Shown: positions 8,950-19,139 of the stretch, piece after piece | Layout of the letters: each line of letters opens with the position of its first letter | Position numbering within the stretch: the first letter of the stretch is position 1 | Assembly: GCA_012719135.1 (NCBI GenBank) | Contig: JAAYAW010000047.1 | Coordinates: forward strand, 22,282-86,281 | DNA: 64,000 bases | Direction: 5' to 3' | DNA from: Chloroflexota bacterium | GTDB taxonomy: Bacteria; Chloroflexota; Anaerolineae; UBA1429 | Program-made: the position numbers and the translations under genes | The notes under the pieces: model-generated | Told to the model about the DNA's origin: nothing | The model's database searches: none | Seen by the model: the letters and a program-made list of their open reading frames with translations, nothing else

Positions 8950-11556
8950 TCACAGCGCTCCGCTCAAACGCCTCAGCGCCGCGCCGGTGTACGAGCCCGG
9001 AGTTGCGGCGATCACCTTGGGGGCTCCCTCCGCCACGAGTCTCCCCCCTCCGTCCCCTCCCTCAGGACCCAAATCCACAACCCAATCCGCACATCGGATC
9101 AACTCAAGGTTGTGCTCTATGGCGATCACCGTGTGGCCGCCGCTCAACAGGCGCCCCAGAAGGGCCATGAGGTTGCGCACGTCTGCGGGATGCAGGCCGG
9201 TGGTCGGCTCGTCCAGCAGATAGAGGGTGTGACCCGCCGCACTCCGAGACAGCTCACGCGCCAGCTTGATGCGCTGAGCCTCGCCGCCGGACAATGAGGA
9301 CGCCGGCTGCCCCAGGGGCAGGTAGCCCAGTCCGGTCTCGGCCAGCAAGGACAGCCGGACGCGTACCGCCGGCACGGTGTCAAAGAGGGGCAGCGCCTCT
9401 TCGACTGTCAGATCCAGCAGAGAGGCGATATCGTGTCCACGGCAAGACCCCCGCTCTCCGTAGCGGACGGATAGCACCTCCGGTCGAAAGCGGCGTCCCT
9501 GGCAGACCGGGCATCGCACCAACACCTCCGGCATAAAATGCATCTCCACCGCCAGGGTACCGGTCCCCTGGCAGCGCTCACAGCGTCCTCCGGGAACGTT
9601 GAACGAAAAGTGGCGCGCCGTGAGACCAGCCTCCCGCGCGGCGGGCTGAGCCGCGTAGGCCTGGCGTATCCCGGCATACGCCTCGGTGTAGGTGACGGCA
9701 TTGGAGCGCGAGCCCGCGCCCAGGGGGGACTGGTCCACCGTGATGACTCGATCCACATAGTGCCAGCCGGTCGTGCGCGCTGCATCCGCGCCCTCCTGGC
9801 GCAGCCGGTAGTCCGCGGCCAGGATGTCAAAGACCAGCGTGGACTTGCCGGAGCCGGAGACTCCAGTGACGGCGACGAGCAGACCGCTCCCTTCGCTGGT
9901 CCGCAGAGGCAGACGAACGGACAGATCTTTGATGTTGTGAGCGCAGGCGCCGTTGACATGAAGCGAAGGGCCATCTGCCAGGTGCCTCTCCCACGGTGCA
10001 GATAGCGCCTTGCCCGAGATGTAGCGGCCCGTGATGGAGGCAGGATCGTCAGCGAGTTGCCGGGGCGTACCCTGAGCGACGATCCGCCCTCCGGCCCGAC
10101 CGGCGCCTGGCCCGAACTCCACCACGTGATCGGCGGCCGCGATCATGTCCAGATCGTGCTCCACCACAAGAACGGTGTTCCCCCGGTCGCGCAGGCCCTT
10201 CAGCAAGCCGATCAACCGTGTTGTATCGCGTGCGTGCAGCCCTACGGTGGGCTCATCGAGGACATACAGCATGCCCGTCAGACTGGACGAAAGCAGCGCT
10301 GAGAGGCGTAGGCGGAGACCTTCTCCGGCGGAGAGGGAAGGCGTGGTGCGGCCCAACGAGAGGTATCCCAACCCAACGTCCTGAAGTCGATGGATCCGGA
10401 TGCTGAGGTCCCGAACGATCGGCTCGGCGACGGGCCAATCGCCTGGTGGCAGGCGGGAGCTCAGTTGTGCGAGCCATCGAGCGAGCGCATCCAAGGTCAT
10501 CTGAGCCACGGCCGGTCTCTCGCCATCGCGTTCTGCCGCCACCAGTGGCCAGCCTGCCACCGTGACGACGCGCATCTCAGGCCGGAGGCGGGCCCCGCCA
10601 CAATCTGGGCAGGTTTGCAGTCGCATCTGTTGCTCGATGCGCGCCAGATAGGCGAGATCGTTGGCGTGCTCTGTATGGCGACGCAGAAGCGCTGTGGCGA
10701 TCCCTTCGAAGCGGCCGGCCGCCACGGTCGCGGGTGGTTCCTTCCCGGGATAGTGCTGCCGGAACTGCGGACTACCGACGCCGTAGAGCAAGAGCGCCCG
10801 TTGCGCCGCATCCAGCAGGCGAACCGGACGATCGAGCGGCATCTCAAACCCATAGTGATGGCCGGCCGCCCGCAGTACACTGGCCTGGTACGCGATGTTT
10901 GGCTTCACCCATCCCCGTACGGCCCCGTCCAGGATACTGCGATCCTCATCCAGGAGTTGGGCGATATTCGGGGCATAGACGATGCCAAGCCCGGTGCATG
11001 TGCTGCAGGCGCCGGCCGGCTTGTTGAAGGAAAACAGCGACATGCTCAGCGCTGGCAGAGGCCGACCGCAATGCGGGCAAGGAATTCTCTCTAGGTCCGG
11101 GTCGTCCAGCCCTGCAGCCGTTCCTTCTGCGTCCTCGTACTCGAGCGCTTCATCCAGATGGCCGCCCGAACAGCCGTGTTCGGGCGGCACATCCATGCCG
11201 CAGCCAGGGCATGGGCGATGGCCGACGCGCGCAAACAGGATGCGAAGATAGGTGTACACGTCGCTAGCCGTGCCGAGAGTCGAACGCGGAGTGCGGTTGG
11301 CCAGGCCCTGCGCCAGGCAGATCGAGGGAGGCAGCCCACAGATCCAGCCCACAGGAGGCTTGCCGGCGTAGTTCACCAGGCCCAGTGCCTCCATGTACTG
11401 GCGTTGGCTCTCAACGTGCAGCGTATCGATCGCCAGGCTGGACTTGCCCGAACCCGAGACTCCCGTGAAGGCGATGAGTTTCCCGCGGGGGAGCGAGAGC
11501 GTCACGTCACAAAGATTGTGCTGCCTGGCGCGTTCGATCGTGATCCGATCTGTCAT
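8950..11556 (-). CDS. UvrA-family paralogue (excinuclease ATPase subunit-like), apparently lacking the UvrB-binding domain.
   Basis: MTDRITIERARQHNLCDVTLSLPRGKLIAFTGVSGSGKSSLAIDTL, two ABC modules (LSAGEGLRLRLS and LSGGEAQRIKLAREL), and CxxC zinc modules. The ATG at 11554-11556 has a GAGGAG Shine-Dalgarno. I trimmed the 14-codon upstream extension in the ORF track. Confidence 0.9.
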   Translation of the reverse strand: MTDRITIERARQHNLCDVTLSLPRGKLIAFTGVSGSGKSSLAIDTLHVESQRQYMEALGLVNYAGKPPVGWICGLPPSICLAQGLANRTPRSTLGTASDVYTYLRILFARVGHRPCPGCGMDVPPEHGCSGGHLDEALEYEDAEGTAAGLDDPDLERIPCPHCGRPLPALSMSLFSFNKPAGACSTCTGLGIVYAPNIAQLLDEDRSILDGAVRGWVKPNIAYQASVLRAAGHHYGFEMPLDRPVRLLDAAQRALLLYGVGSPQFRQHYPGKEPPATVAAGRFEGIATALLRRHTEHANDLAYLARIEQQMRLQTCPDCGGARLRPEMRVVTVAGWPLVAAERDGERPAVAQMTLDALARWLAQLSSRLPPGDWPVAEPIVRDLSIRIHRLQDVGLGYLSLGRTTPSLSAGEGLRLRLSALLSSSLTGMLYVLDEPTVGLHARDTTRLIGLLKGLRDRGNTVLVVEHDLDMIAAADHVVEFGPGAGRAGGRIVAQGTPRQLADDPASITGRYISGKALSAPWERHLADGPSLHVNGACAHNIKDLSVRLPLRTSEGSGLLVAVTGVSGSGKSTLVFDILAADYRLRQEGADAARTTGWHYVDRVITVDQSPLGAGSRSNAVTYTEAYAGIRQAYAAQPAAREAGLTARHFSFNVPGGRCERCQGTGTLAVEMHFMPEVLVRCPVCQGRRFRPEVLSVRYGERGSCRGHDIASLLDLTVEEALPLFDTVPAVRVRLSLLAETGLGYLPLGQPASSLSGGEAQRIKLARELSRSAAGHTLYLLDEPTTGLHPADVRNLMALLGRLLSGGHTVIAIEHNLELIRCADWVVDLGPEGGDGGGRLVAEGAPKVIAATPGSYTGAALRRLSGAL

Positions 11557-11775
11557 GCATCTCCTCAAACCCGGGGCATCCGGCCATGGAAGCCGCAATC
11601 AACCACGAGCGTACGCGCCCGGTGATGCTAGCGCTGCGCCTGCCCCAGGCTGTGATGGCCAGCGCCATCTGCAGCGATTGTACGGGGGTGGTGCGGACCG
11701 GCAAGCGCGCCGCTAACCTGCACCAGAGGCCTTCCCCGCAGAGTCCTGCCGTACCACAGGCCCTCGCTGCGAACG

Positions 11776-12951
11776 CTAACCATCCAGGGCCAATCTATGG
11801 ATCGCCACCAGGGTGATGTCATCAAAGGGGCTGGCCTCTCCGACGTGCGCCACGACGTCGCGCTCGATCTCGTCCACCAGCGACGCGGCAGCACCGTTGG
11901 ACAAAGCGCCGCGCAGCCCCGCCAGATCGAAAGGTTCGCCCGCCTCATTGAGCGCGTCGATGAGGCCATCGGTATAGGCCACAAGGGTGTCGCCGGGTTC
12001 CAGCAGTAGGTCCTCAACCGCAAACCTTACGTCCTCCAGGATGCCCACCACCGGGCCCGTCGGCTTGAGTTGCCCTCGCACGACGCCCCGCCGAAGCAGC
12101 AGAGGTGGATCGCTGCCGCAGTTGGTGTAGACCATTCTGCCCGTGTCGACGTCGAGCGTGCCAGCGAACAGCGCGCAGAAGGTGCCCTCAGCCCGATGAG
12201 TCTCGGCCACATACCGGTTGATGAGGGCGACGGCCTCAGCAAGCTGCTCGCGCGGCGACACCGGCGCAGCTTGTGCCCCCCGGAAGCAGTTGCTGGTTAG
12301 CGTGGCCCGCACCAGGCTTCGGAACAGGGTCATGAACAGCGCCGCGCCGACGCCTTTTCCGCACACGTCGCCCAGAACACAAGCCAGGCGCCCATCCGGC
12401 AGAGTAAAGACATCGTAAAAGTCACCGGCGACATCGCGCGCGGATCGGAAACAAGCGGCCACGTCCCAGCCGGGCACATCAGGGAGCCTCTCCGGGAGGA
12501 AGCTGCGCTGAATCTGCCTGGCGATATCCATCTCACGCTCGAGACCCTCCAGGTAAAGGGTCTCGAGATCGTGCAGCCGCTTGCGCTCGAGACCCGATGA
12601 GATGCGAGCGTGCAGCAAGACAGGCTCAAAGGGCTTGGGCAGGTAGTCATCGGCTCCCAGCCTGATCCCCTGCACGACACTGCCGAGATCGGTGTCCGCC
12701 GAAATGATGATGACGGGGATCGCTCGGGTGGCCGCGTCGCCCTTCAACCGCGAAAGCACCTGGAAGCCATCCATGCGCGGCATCATCACGTCCAGCAGGA
12801 CGAGATCGGGCGCCCGGTCGCGGACCCTTTCGAGAGCCTCCAGCCCGTCGCTGGCGAGGATCACCCTGTAGCCCGCGTCCTCCAACTCCTGCTGTAGATA
12901 GTCGAGGTTATACGGCTCGTCATCGACAACAAGCACGGTCGCATCGCTCAT
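11776..12951 (-). CDS. Response regulator with a PP2C/SpoIIE-type phosphatase output (RsbU-like).
   Basis: Receiver: VLVVDDEPYNL...DLVLLDVMMPRMDG...KP. PP2C part: GDFYDV...DVCGKGVGAALFM...TDGLIDA...DDITLVAI. Confidence 0.9.
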   Translation of the reverse strand: MSDATVLVVDDEPYNLDYLQQELEDAGYRVILASDGLEALERVRDRAPDLVLLDVMMPRMDGFQVLSRLKGDAATRAIPVIIISADTDLGSVVQGIRLGADDYLPKPFEPVLLHARISSGLERKRLHDLETLYLEGLEREMDIARQIQRSFLPERLPDVPGWDVAACFRSARDVAGDFYDVFTLPDGRLACVLGDVCGKGVGAALFMTLFRSLVRATLTSNCFRGAQAAPVSPREQLAEAVALINRYVAETHRAEGTFCALFAGTLDVDTGRMVYTNCGSDPPLLLRRGVVRGQLKPTGPVVGILEDVRFAVEDLLLEPGDTLVAYTDGLIDALNEAGEPFDLAGLRGALSNGAAASLVDEIERDVVAHVGEASPFDDITLVAIHRLALDG

Positions 12952-12958
12952 GTCATCC

Positions 12959-13300
12959 TCACTTCAGTAGCGCTCGGACGCGTGCGAGCAGCAGGTCCTC
13001 ATCGAGGGGCTTGGTGAGATAGTCCGAGCAGCCACGCTCCGGGGCGAAAGCGGCATCCTCCGGCATGGCATGGGACGATAGCCCAATAATAGGCACCCCG
13101 GGGGCCGCCCGGTGTATGCGCCGGGCGGCCTCAAAGCCATCCATCACAGGTAGGGCGATATCCATGAGCACCAGATCGGGGTGTTCACTCGCCGCCAGAC
13201 GGACGGCCTCCACGCCATCTCGCGCCACCAGCAACACATAGTCCTCTTCGAGAATCTGCACCAGCAGATCGAGGTTCAGTTCGTTGTCCTCCACGATCAG
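12959..13300 (-). CDS. Single-domain CheY-like response regulator. The probable start is a non-canonical CTG overlapping the kinase stop.
   Basis: [14 protein letters not shown]...DLVLMDIALPVMDG...KP. The ORF-track start (GTG at 13294) removes the beta-1 strand. See the finding on the CTGA junction. Confidence 0.85.
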   Translation of the reverse strand: MIVEDNELNLDLLVQILEEDYVLLVARDGVEAVRLAASEHPDLVLMDIALPVMDGFEAARRIHRAAPGVPIIGLSSHAMPEDAAFAPERGCSDYLTKPLDEDLLLARVRALLK

Positions 13301-16300
13301 GATGCGCTTCCTTGGGCCTCGTCTTCAGGGGTCTCGAACCGGCCTTCCAGCCTCTGCCCACTTACCGTCCGGCCCACGGATCCCCCTCCTGCGTCCGCAT
13401 CCAGCGGGCTGCGGTAGTGCTCTGGGATGCTTACGGTGAACACCGATCCACGGCCCACCTCGCTCTCCACGGTGATGTCTCCTCCCAACAAGTGAGCCAG
13501 GTTGCGCGAGATCGCCAGCCCCAGGCCCGTTCCCCCGTACTGGCGCGTCGTGCTCGTATCGGCCTGCTGGAACTCGACAAAGATGCGCTCCATCGCCTCG
13601 GGACTGATGCCGATGCCGGTATCGGCCACGGAAACCACCAGGTCGTCGCCGTTGCGGCTGGCTGAGACGCGAATCCGACCACTGTGGGTGAACTTGGCCG
13701 CATTGCTCAGCAGGTTCAAGATGATCTGCCGGATCTTGTCCTGATCGGAGAAGACCACCTGCAAGGAGGGATCGACGTCGTATTCCAGCACAACGCCCGG
13801 CTGAAGCAGGGCCGCGCAGGTACTGGCGCACTGCTCGATCAGCGGCTGTACGCGAAAGCTGGCTGGCAACACATCCATGCGCCCCGCCTCGATCTTGGCG
13901 ATATCGAGCACCGTGTTGATCAGGCCCAGCAGGTGATCGGCACTCTGCAGGACCTTGTCCAGGTTCTCGGTCTGGCGCTCCGGGAGAATCCCCTCGCCCC
14001 GGCGCCTGACGATGCGCGTAAGACCGATGATGGCGTTCAGTGGCGTTCGCAGTTCGTGGCTCATATTGGCCAGAAAGGCGCTCTTGGCTCGGTTGGCCTG
14101 CTCGGCCGCGGCGCGCGCCTGACGCGCATCGGCGTACAGCCGGGCGTTGTAGAGCGCGCCGCCCACGCTGGAGGCAATCGTACTGAGCAAGCGCGCATCG
14201 TCATCGGAGAACCGTCCGGAGCGCGAGGTACTCTGCACGGAGAGCACGCCCACCGCGCGTCCTCGGATGTGGATGGGCACGCCCAGGTAGGACAGCGAAG
14301 GGACGCCGATCGCCGGATCGCGATCCTGTTCGCCCGGCGCATGATTGACAAGCAACGGCGCGTTCTCCTGGATGACACGACTGGTGAGCCCCTCGCCATA
14401 GCGGATCGGCGACAGGTCCTCGCCATGGCTGTAGAGAAAGTCAATCCGTTCGCCGAGCTCGTCCAGTAGCGCGACATAGGCGATATCCGCGTCAAAGAGG
14501 GCGCGCGCCTGTTCGCCGACCTCACGGATCAGGGCATCCAGATCGAGCTCTCCGCTGACCGCCGCCGTCACACGGTTGATGGTTGCCAGCTCGGCCGCTC
14601 GCTGCTGCTCCGCCTGATAGAGGCGAGCGTTATGGATGGCCACGCCGATGTTGGCGCTGAGCGCGCTCAGCAGCGCGAGATGGCCCTCGCCAAAGGCATG
14701 GGGACGCTCATCGGCCAGCGCCACCAGGCCGAGCACTTCATCATGCACCGTGATGGGGATACCCACCCAGGATTGCCCACGGGGGGAGTCCGTGGTGCCA
14801 TCGTGGTCCGGCGGGAAGTAGGCGCCAGCGGCCAACTCCTCCTCCAGCGTGTTGTAGCGTAGCGGCCTCCTCTCCAGAATCACACGCGAGGAGAGCCCGG
14901 TGCCCAACGGAAACGGGTCGATGGACTCGTGGTAACCGCCCACAGCGCGATCGTACTCGTAGACGACATGGATCATCTCCTCCCGAGCATCGAGAAGCAT
15001 CACCATGACCGAATCGGCGTCGAAAATATCGCGTATGCGATCGCCGACGATGCGGCTGACTGAGCGCACATCCAGGGTGCGCGTCATCGCCTCTCCCACG
15101 CTGCTGAGAATGGCCAGCTCGCTGCTCCTCTGCCTCTCAGCCTCGTACAGCCGGGCGTTCTCAAGCGCGATACCGATATTGGCGCTGAGGGCACTTAACA
15201 GGCTGACATGGTTGTCGCCAAAGGCATGGCGCTCGGCATCGGCCAGCACCACCAGCCCGAGGACCGCGCCCTGAACGATGATCGGCACGCCCAGCCAGGA
15301 CTCTGTGCTGACGTCGCTGTCTCCCTCTCCATTAGGGGAGAGAAAGTGCGCCCCGCCGGCCATGGCATCCTGCAGCGTGCCATAGTTGAGGGGCCGGCCC
15401 GAGGCAATCACGCGCGAGGAAAGGCCCTTACCCAGGGGGAATGGCCGGGGAAGCTCGATATGGCCGCCATCTGAAACATCATAGGCATACAGCACATGGA
15501 TGAGATCGGTCTGGCGATCGAGCAGCAACACCAACACAGAATCGGTGTCAAAGATCTCCCGCAGATGATCTCCCACGATCCGCGCCACGCTGCGCACATC
15601 GAGCGTGCGCGACATCGCCTCGGCCACGCTGCTCAGCATAGCCAACTCGTTGGTACGTTGGCGCTCGACCTCCAACGCCCGGGCACGCGCCAGCGCCGTG
15701 GCGATATGCTGTGCCACATAGGCCAGAACGTTGCCATCTTCGTCGGTGTAGCGGATCCCTTCAGTATGGCTGTGCAGCACGATCGCACCGACCAGCCGCC
15801 CCTCAACGATCAGAGGCGCGCCGATGCGATCGACTACGCCGGGCTCGTCTTCCGCAGGGCAAGATGGCTCCATGCCGTCCTGCCGATGGCCGACGGGCCT
15901 GCCGCTGCGCAGCACCTGCCCCAGTGTGCCGGGAAGCGTCTCGAGGGACCCGCCAGGCGGCGACTCTTCGGTTTCGTCCACAAAATAGGGCACGCTGGTT
16001 GCGCCGGTATCTGGATCATGGAGCGCGATCAGGAAATTCCGAGCGTACATCAGCCCACTGATGGAAGGGTGGATTCGGCGGTAGAACTCGTCCAGATCGC
16101 GCACCGCGCTGGCCGCGTCCGCGATCTCATACAGAACGCTCTGCACCTGCGTGCTCCGCTCCAGTTCGGCCGTGCGCTCCCCCACGCGTTGCTCGAGCGT
16201 GAGGTTCTGCTCCTCCAGCAGGGCATGTGCACCGCGGAGCTGTTCCTGAACCTTTCTCTCGTCGCCGATCAGGCGCTCCTGGAGGCGATACAGCATCACC

Positions 16301-16815
16301 AGCAACGCCATGACGATGATGAGGAACATGAGGGTGGTGGAGTAACCGACCCAGGGGCTGCGGACCAGGGGCACGTGCGCAATGAGCCCAAGGGTCGTCA
16401 ACACAGCGGCGACGGTCGCGAGCAACCCACTGAATACGGCCGCGGCCAGCCCGGCGCGCCGCCCCGCCAGGACCAGGGTGATCACCGGGATCGCCAGCAG
16501 ATAAAGCGGCACAGAGCCGGCCAGCCCCGTCGCCAGCAGATTCGCGATGGCGGCCACAAAGCCTATCACAATGAGCGAGCCGATTCGCAGTGCAGCGGGG
16601 AGTCTGCGGCCGATCGCGAGCGCGATGAGGAGCGACTCGCACAAGGCGAGCACGGCGACCGTCCAGCGCATGGTATTCGTCGCCTGCGCGTTCACGATGG
16701 CCGCGAGCAAAGCGGGAAAAGAGGCGGCCGCCACAAAGGCCAGAAGGCGATTGAGCACCGAGTTTCGCCACTGGCGTATCACCAGTGCCGGATCTGTGAG
16801 GGTGCGTTCGTCCAT
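13297..16815 (-). CDS. Membrane sensor histidine kinase with four GAF-like modules.
   Basis: About 5-6 N-terminal TM segments, a coiled linker and four GAF-like units. HisKA motif is [14 protein letters not shown]. HATPase motifs are [16 protein letters not shown] and GGTGLGLAI. Confidence 0.9.
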   Translation of the reverse strand: MDERTLTDPALVIRQWRNSVLNRLLAFVAAASFPALLAAIVNAQATNTMRWTVAVLALCESLLIALAIGRRLPAALRIGSLIVIGFVAAIANLLATGLAGSVPLYLLAIPVITLVLAGRRAGLAAAVFSGLLATVAAVLTTLGLIAHVPLVRSPWVGYSTTLMFLIIVMALLVMLYRLQERLIGDERKVQEQLRGAHALLEEQNLTLEQRVGERTAELERSTQVQSVLYEIADAASAVRDLDEFYRRIHPSISGLMYARNFLIALHDPDTGATSVPYFVDETEESPPGGSLETLPGTLGQVLRSGRPVGHRQDGMEPSCPAEDEPGVVDRIGAPLIVEGRLVGAIVLHSHTEGIRYTDEDGNVLAYVAQHIATALARARALEVERQRTNELAMLSSVAEAMSRTLDVRSVARIVGDHLREIFDTDSVLVLLLDRQTDLIHVLYAYDVSDGGHIELPRPFPLGKGLSSRVIASGRPLNYGTLQDAMAGGAHFLSPNGEGDSDVSTESWLGVPIIVQGAVLGLVVLADAERHAFGDNHVSLLSALSANIGIALENARLYEAERQRSSELAILSSVGEAMTRTLDVRSVSRIVGDRIRDIFDADSVMVMLLDAREEMIHVVYEYDRAVGGYHESIDPFPLGTGLSSRVILERRPLRYNTLEEELAAGAYFPPDHDGTTDSPRGQSWVGIPITVHDEVLGLVALADERPHAFGEGHLALLSALSANIGVAIHNARLYQAEQQRAAELATINRVTAAVSGELDLDALIREVGEQARALFDADIAYVALLDELGERIDFLYSHGEDLSPIRYGEGLTSRVIQENAPLLVNHAPGEQDRDPAIGVPSLSYLGVPIHIRGRAVGVLSVQSTSRSGRFSDDDARLLSTIASSVGGALYNARLYADARQARAAAEQANRAKSAFLANMSHELRTPLNAIIGLTRIVRRRGEGILPERQTENLDKVLQSADHLLGLINTVLDIAKIEAGRMDVLPASFRVQPLIEQCASTCAALLQPGVVLEYDVDPSLQVVFSDQDKIRQIILNLLSNAAKFTHSGRIRVSASRNGDDLVVSVADTGIGISPEAMERIFVEFQQADTSTTRQYGGTGLGLAISRNLAHLLGGDITVESEVGRGSVFTVSIPEHYRSPLDADAGGGSVGRTVSGQRLEGRFETPEDEAQGSAS

Positions 16816-17102
16816 AGGAAAGGGGCTCCTGCCGTGGAGACACCGGAGCCTGGAGGCTCCGCGTACCGGAGACCGGACATGCTCGGCCCATAGGGCCTAT
16901 CGAGTGTAGCATGCCGCGCCTACAGACTGCAAGGCCCGGCAGGCATAGGCCACAGCCTTTGCGTCCGCTCGCTCGGCCCGCCTCTGCGCAACGGGGCAGA
17001 CGAGGCTCGCTGCGCCCAGATACCGTCCGCAGACGGCTGGTGGACAGCAACCCCGTGTAGGCCATAATGAATGCAAGCACTCTGGTATAGAGAGGAGTAG
17101 TG

Positions 17103-19115
17103 ATGGGTTTTCGTGGCATGAGGCGCTCCATTGATGCGCCGGACGACCGGCCGGAGATCACCTGGGCGCTATTGCAGCGCGTCCTCCGGTACGCCTTACC
17201 TTACCGTTGGCTGATGATGGGCATGCTCGTGCTGATTCTGGCACACTCTGGACTGAATCTGCTCACTCCCCTGATCATGCGCGATCTGATCGACCGGACC
17301 ATTCCATCCGGCGACCTGCGCCGGCTCAGTCTACTGGCCGGAGCCCTGCTCCTGATCCCAGCAGCCGGCGGCGGCCTGAGCGTGATACAGCGAAGGGTCA
17401 GTGCGCGGGTAGGCGAAGGCGTGATCTATGACCTTCGCCTGGCGCTGTACGAGAGGTTGCAGCGCATGTCGCTCCGTTTCTTTACCCATACGCGCGTGGG
17501 CGAACTGATGAGCCGCCTGAACAACGATGTGCGCGGCGCCCAGGATGCGATCAGCAGCACAACGGTGTCCATCATCACCGATCTGGTCCGAGCCGCGTCG
17601 CTGGGCGCCGTGATGCTGACGCTGGAATGGCGGCTGACGTTGATCGCGGTGGTCATCATGCCCCTGTTCATCCTCGCGGCGCGAGCACTGGGGCACCGGC
17701 TACGGGATATGGCCCGCCTGCAGATGGAAGCCACCGCTCAGATGAACGCGATGATGAACGAGACGCTGAACATCGGCGGCGCGTTGCTCGTCAAGCTTTT
17801 TGGGCGGCAGCAGGTCGAAGTGGAGCGTTTTGGAGAGCGCGCGTCGGAGGTGCGCAGCCTCGGGATCAGTCGCGCCATGATCACCTCGGCCTTTATCGCC
17901 ATCATTGGCCTGATCAGCGCCGTGGGCACCGCTTTGGTGTACGGCCTGGGCGGATACTTTGCCGTGCGTGGCGCCTTTACTGTGGGCACCATTGTGGCTC
18001 TGGGATCCTATCTGGGGAGCCTCTACGGATCGCTCCAGAGCCTCGCTAACGCCCCGGTTTCGTTCGCCACGTCGATGGTCAGTTTCGAGCGTGTGTTTGA
18101 GGTCATCGATCTGCCCGTCGATATCCCAGAGTCGCCCCAGGCGATCGCTCTGCCCGAGGTAAGAGGGGAGATCGCATTCGATGACGTTACATTCCGGTAC
18201 GATGCCGGAGACGCCGCCACGCTCAGCGATGTGCGCCGATATGGGAGTATGGATAACGTCACAACGGTGCTTTCGGGCGCACCACGCACCGATCAGCGTG
18301 AACCCGTCAGCGGCGGTGCCCGGATGGAGAGCCAACCCCTGACGACCGACGTACACGAGACCTCTGCCGACCAGGAGGGCGAGGGGGAGGAGAGCCCCTC
18401 ACAGGGGCGCAGCATCGCACTCCAGAACGTCAGCTTTGTGGCTCTGCCCGGCCAACTGGTTGCCCTGGTTGGCCCCAGTGGGGCGGGGAAGACGACTCTC
18501 ACCTATCTTATCCCGAGACTCTACGATCCCACAGAAGGCTCTGTGCGCATCGACGGCCACGATCTCAGGACACTGACACTCTCCTCACTGTCCGACGCGA
18601 TCGGCATGGTCACGCAGGAGACCTACCTGTTCCACGACACGATCCGCACCAACCTGCAGTACGCGCGGCTCGGAGCCACCCAGGAGCAACTTGAGGCGGC
18701 ATGCCGTGTAGCCAACATACATGCCTTTATCGAGTCGCTTCCGGAGGGCTATGATACCGTGGTCGGGGAGCGAGGCTACCGCCTCAGCGGCGGTGAGAAG
18801 CAGCGGCTGGCTCTCGCCCGGGTGATCCTCAAGGATCCGCGTATCCTGGTACTGGACGAAGCCACCAGCAGCCTGGACAGCGAGTCCGAGGCGCTGATCC
18901 AGGATGCTCTGGCACGGATCATGGCCGGGCGAACCAGCATCGTCATTGCCCATCGGCTCAGCACGATTCTGGCGGCGGACCTGATCCTGGTGATCGATCG
19001 GGGCCGTATCGTCGAACAGGGCACTCACCAAACACTGCTCGAGCAGGGAGGGCTCTATGCCAGCCTGTATCGCACGCAGTTTCGCGGGCGTCCGGAAGGC
19101 GCGCCCGATAGCTGA
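17103..19115 (+). CDS. ABC exporter permease/ATP-binding protein (MsbA-like, canonical ATP site) with a low-complexity insert in the NBD.
   Basis: GPSGAGKTT, LSGGEKQRLALA, ILVLDEATSSLD and IVIAHRLSTI. A GAGGAG Shine-Dalgarno lies 5 nt before the ATG at 17103. The ORF track starts at the GTG at 17100. Confidence 0.9.
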   Translation: MGFRGMRRSIDAPDDRPEITWALLQRVLRYALPYRWLMMGMLVLILAHSGLNLLTPLIMRDLIDRTIPSGDLRRLSLLAGALLLIPAAGGGLSVIQRRVSARVGEGVIYDLRLALYERLQRMSLRFFTHTRVGELMSRLNNDVRGAQDAISSTTVSIITDLVRAASLGAVMLTLEWRLTLIAVVIMPLFILAARALGHRLRDMARLQMEATAQMNAMMNETLNIGGALLVKLFGRQQVEVERFGERASEVRSLGISRAMITSAFIAIIGLISAVGTALVYGLGGYFAVRGAFTVGTIVALGSYLGSLYGSLQSLANAPVSFATSMVSFERVFEVIDLPVDIPESPQAIALPEVRGEIAFDDVTFRYDAGDAATLSDVRRYGSMDNVTTVLSGAPRTDQREPVSGGARMESQPLTTDVHETSADQEGEGEESPSQGRSIALQNVSFVALPGQLVALVGPSGAGKTTLTYLIPRLYDPTEGSVRIDGHDLRTLTLSSLSDAIGMVTQETYLFHDTIRTNLQYARLGATQEQLEAACRVANIHAFIESLPEGYDTVVGERGYRLSGGEKQRLALARVILKDPRILVLDEATSSLDSESEALIQDALARIMAGRTSIVIAHRLSTILAADLILVIDRGRIVEQGTHQTLLEQGGLYASLYRTQFRGRPEGAPDS

Positions 19116-19139
19116 CGGGAGAGGAGCCCACGCTCAGGA

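Noticed and set aside
13297-13300. Programmed -1 frameshift fusing the kinase and receiver into a hybrid kinase.
   Set aside because: There is no slippery heptamer (X XXY YYZ) in the last codons of the kinase (GAA GAC GAG GCC CAA GGA AGC GCA TCC TGA). Reinitiation at the overlapping CTG, or an assembly indel, is a simpler explanation. I kept it as an alternative in the corresponding finding.
15496-16893. 465-aa plus-strand ORF (and 13684-14469, 261 aa) overlapping the histidine kinase gene.
   Set aside because: It is antisense to a well-supported kinase gene. Its composition is His/Arg/Gln/Gly-rich and it has no Shine-Dalgarno.
16127-17161. 344-aa minus-strand ORF spanning the kinase N-terminus and the divergent promoter region.
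   Set aside because: It is an alternative frame of the kinase gene that continues through the intergenic region. Its translation is Arg/Gly/Pro-rich and the kinase frame is far better supported.
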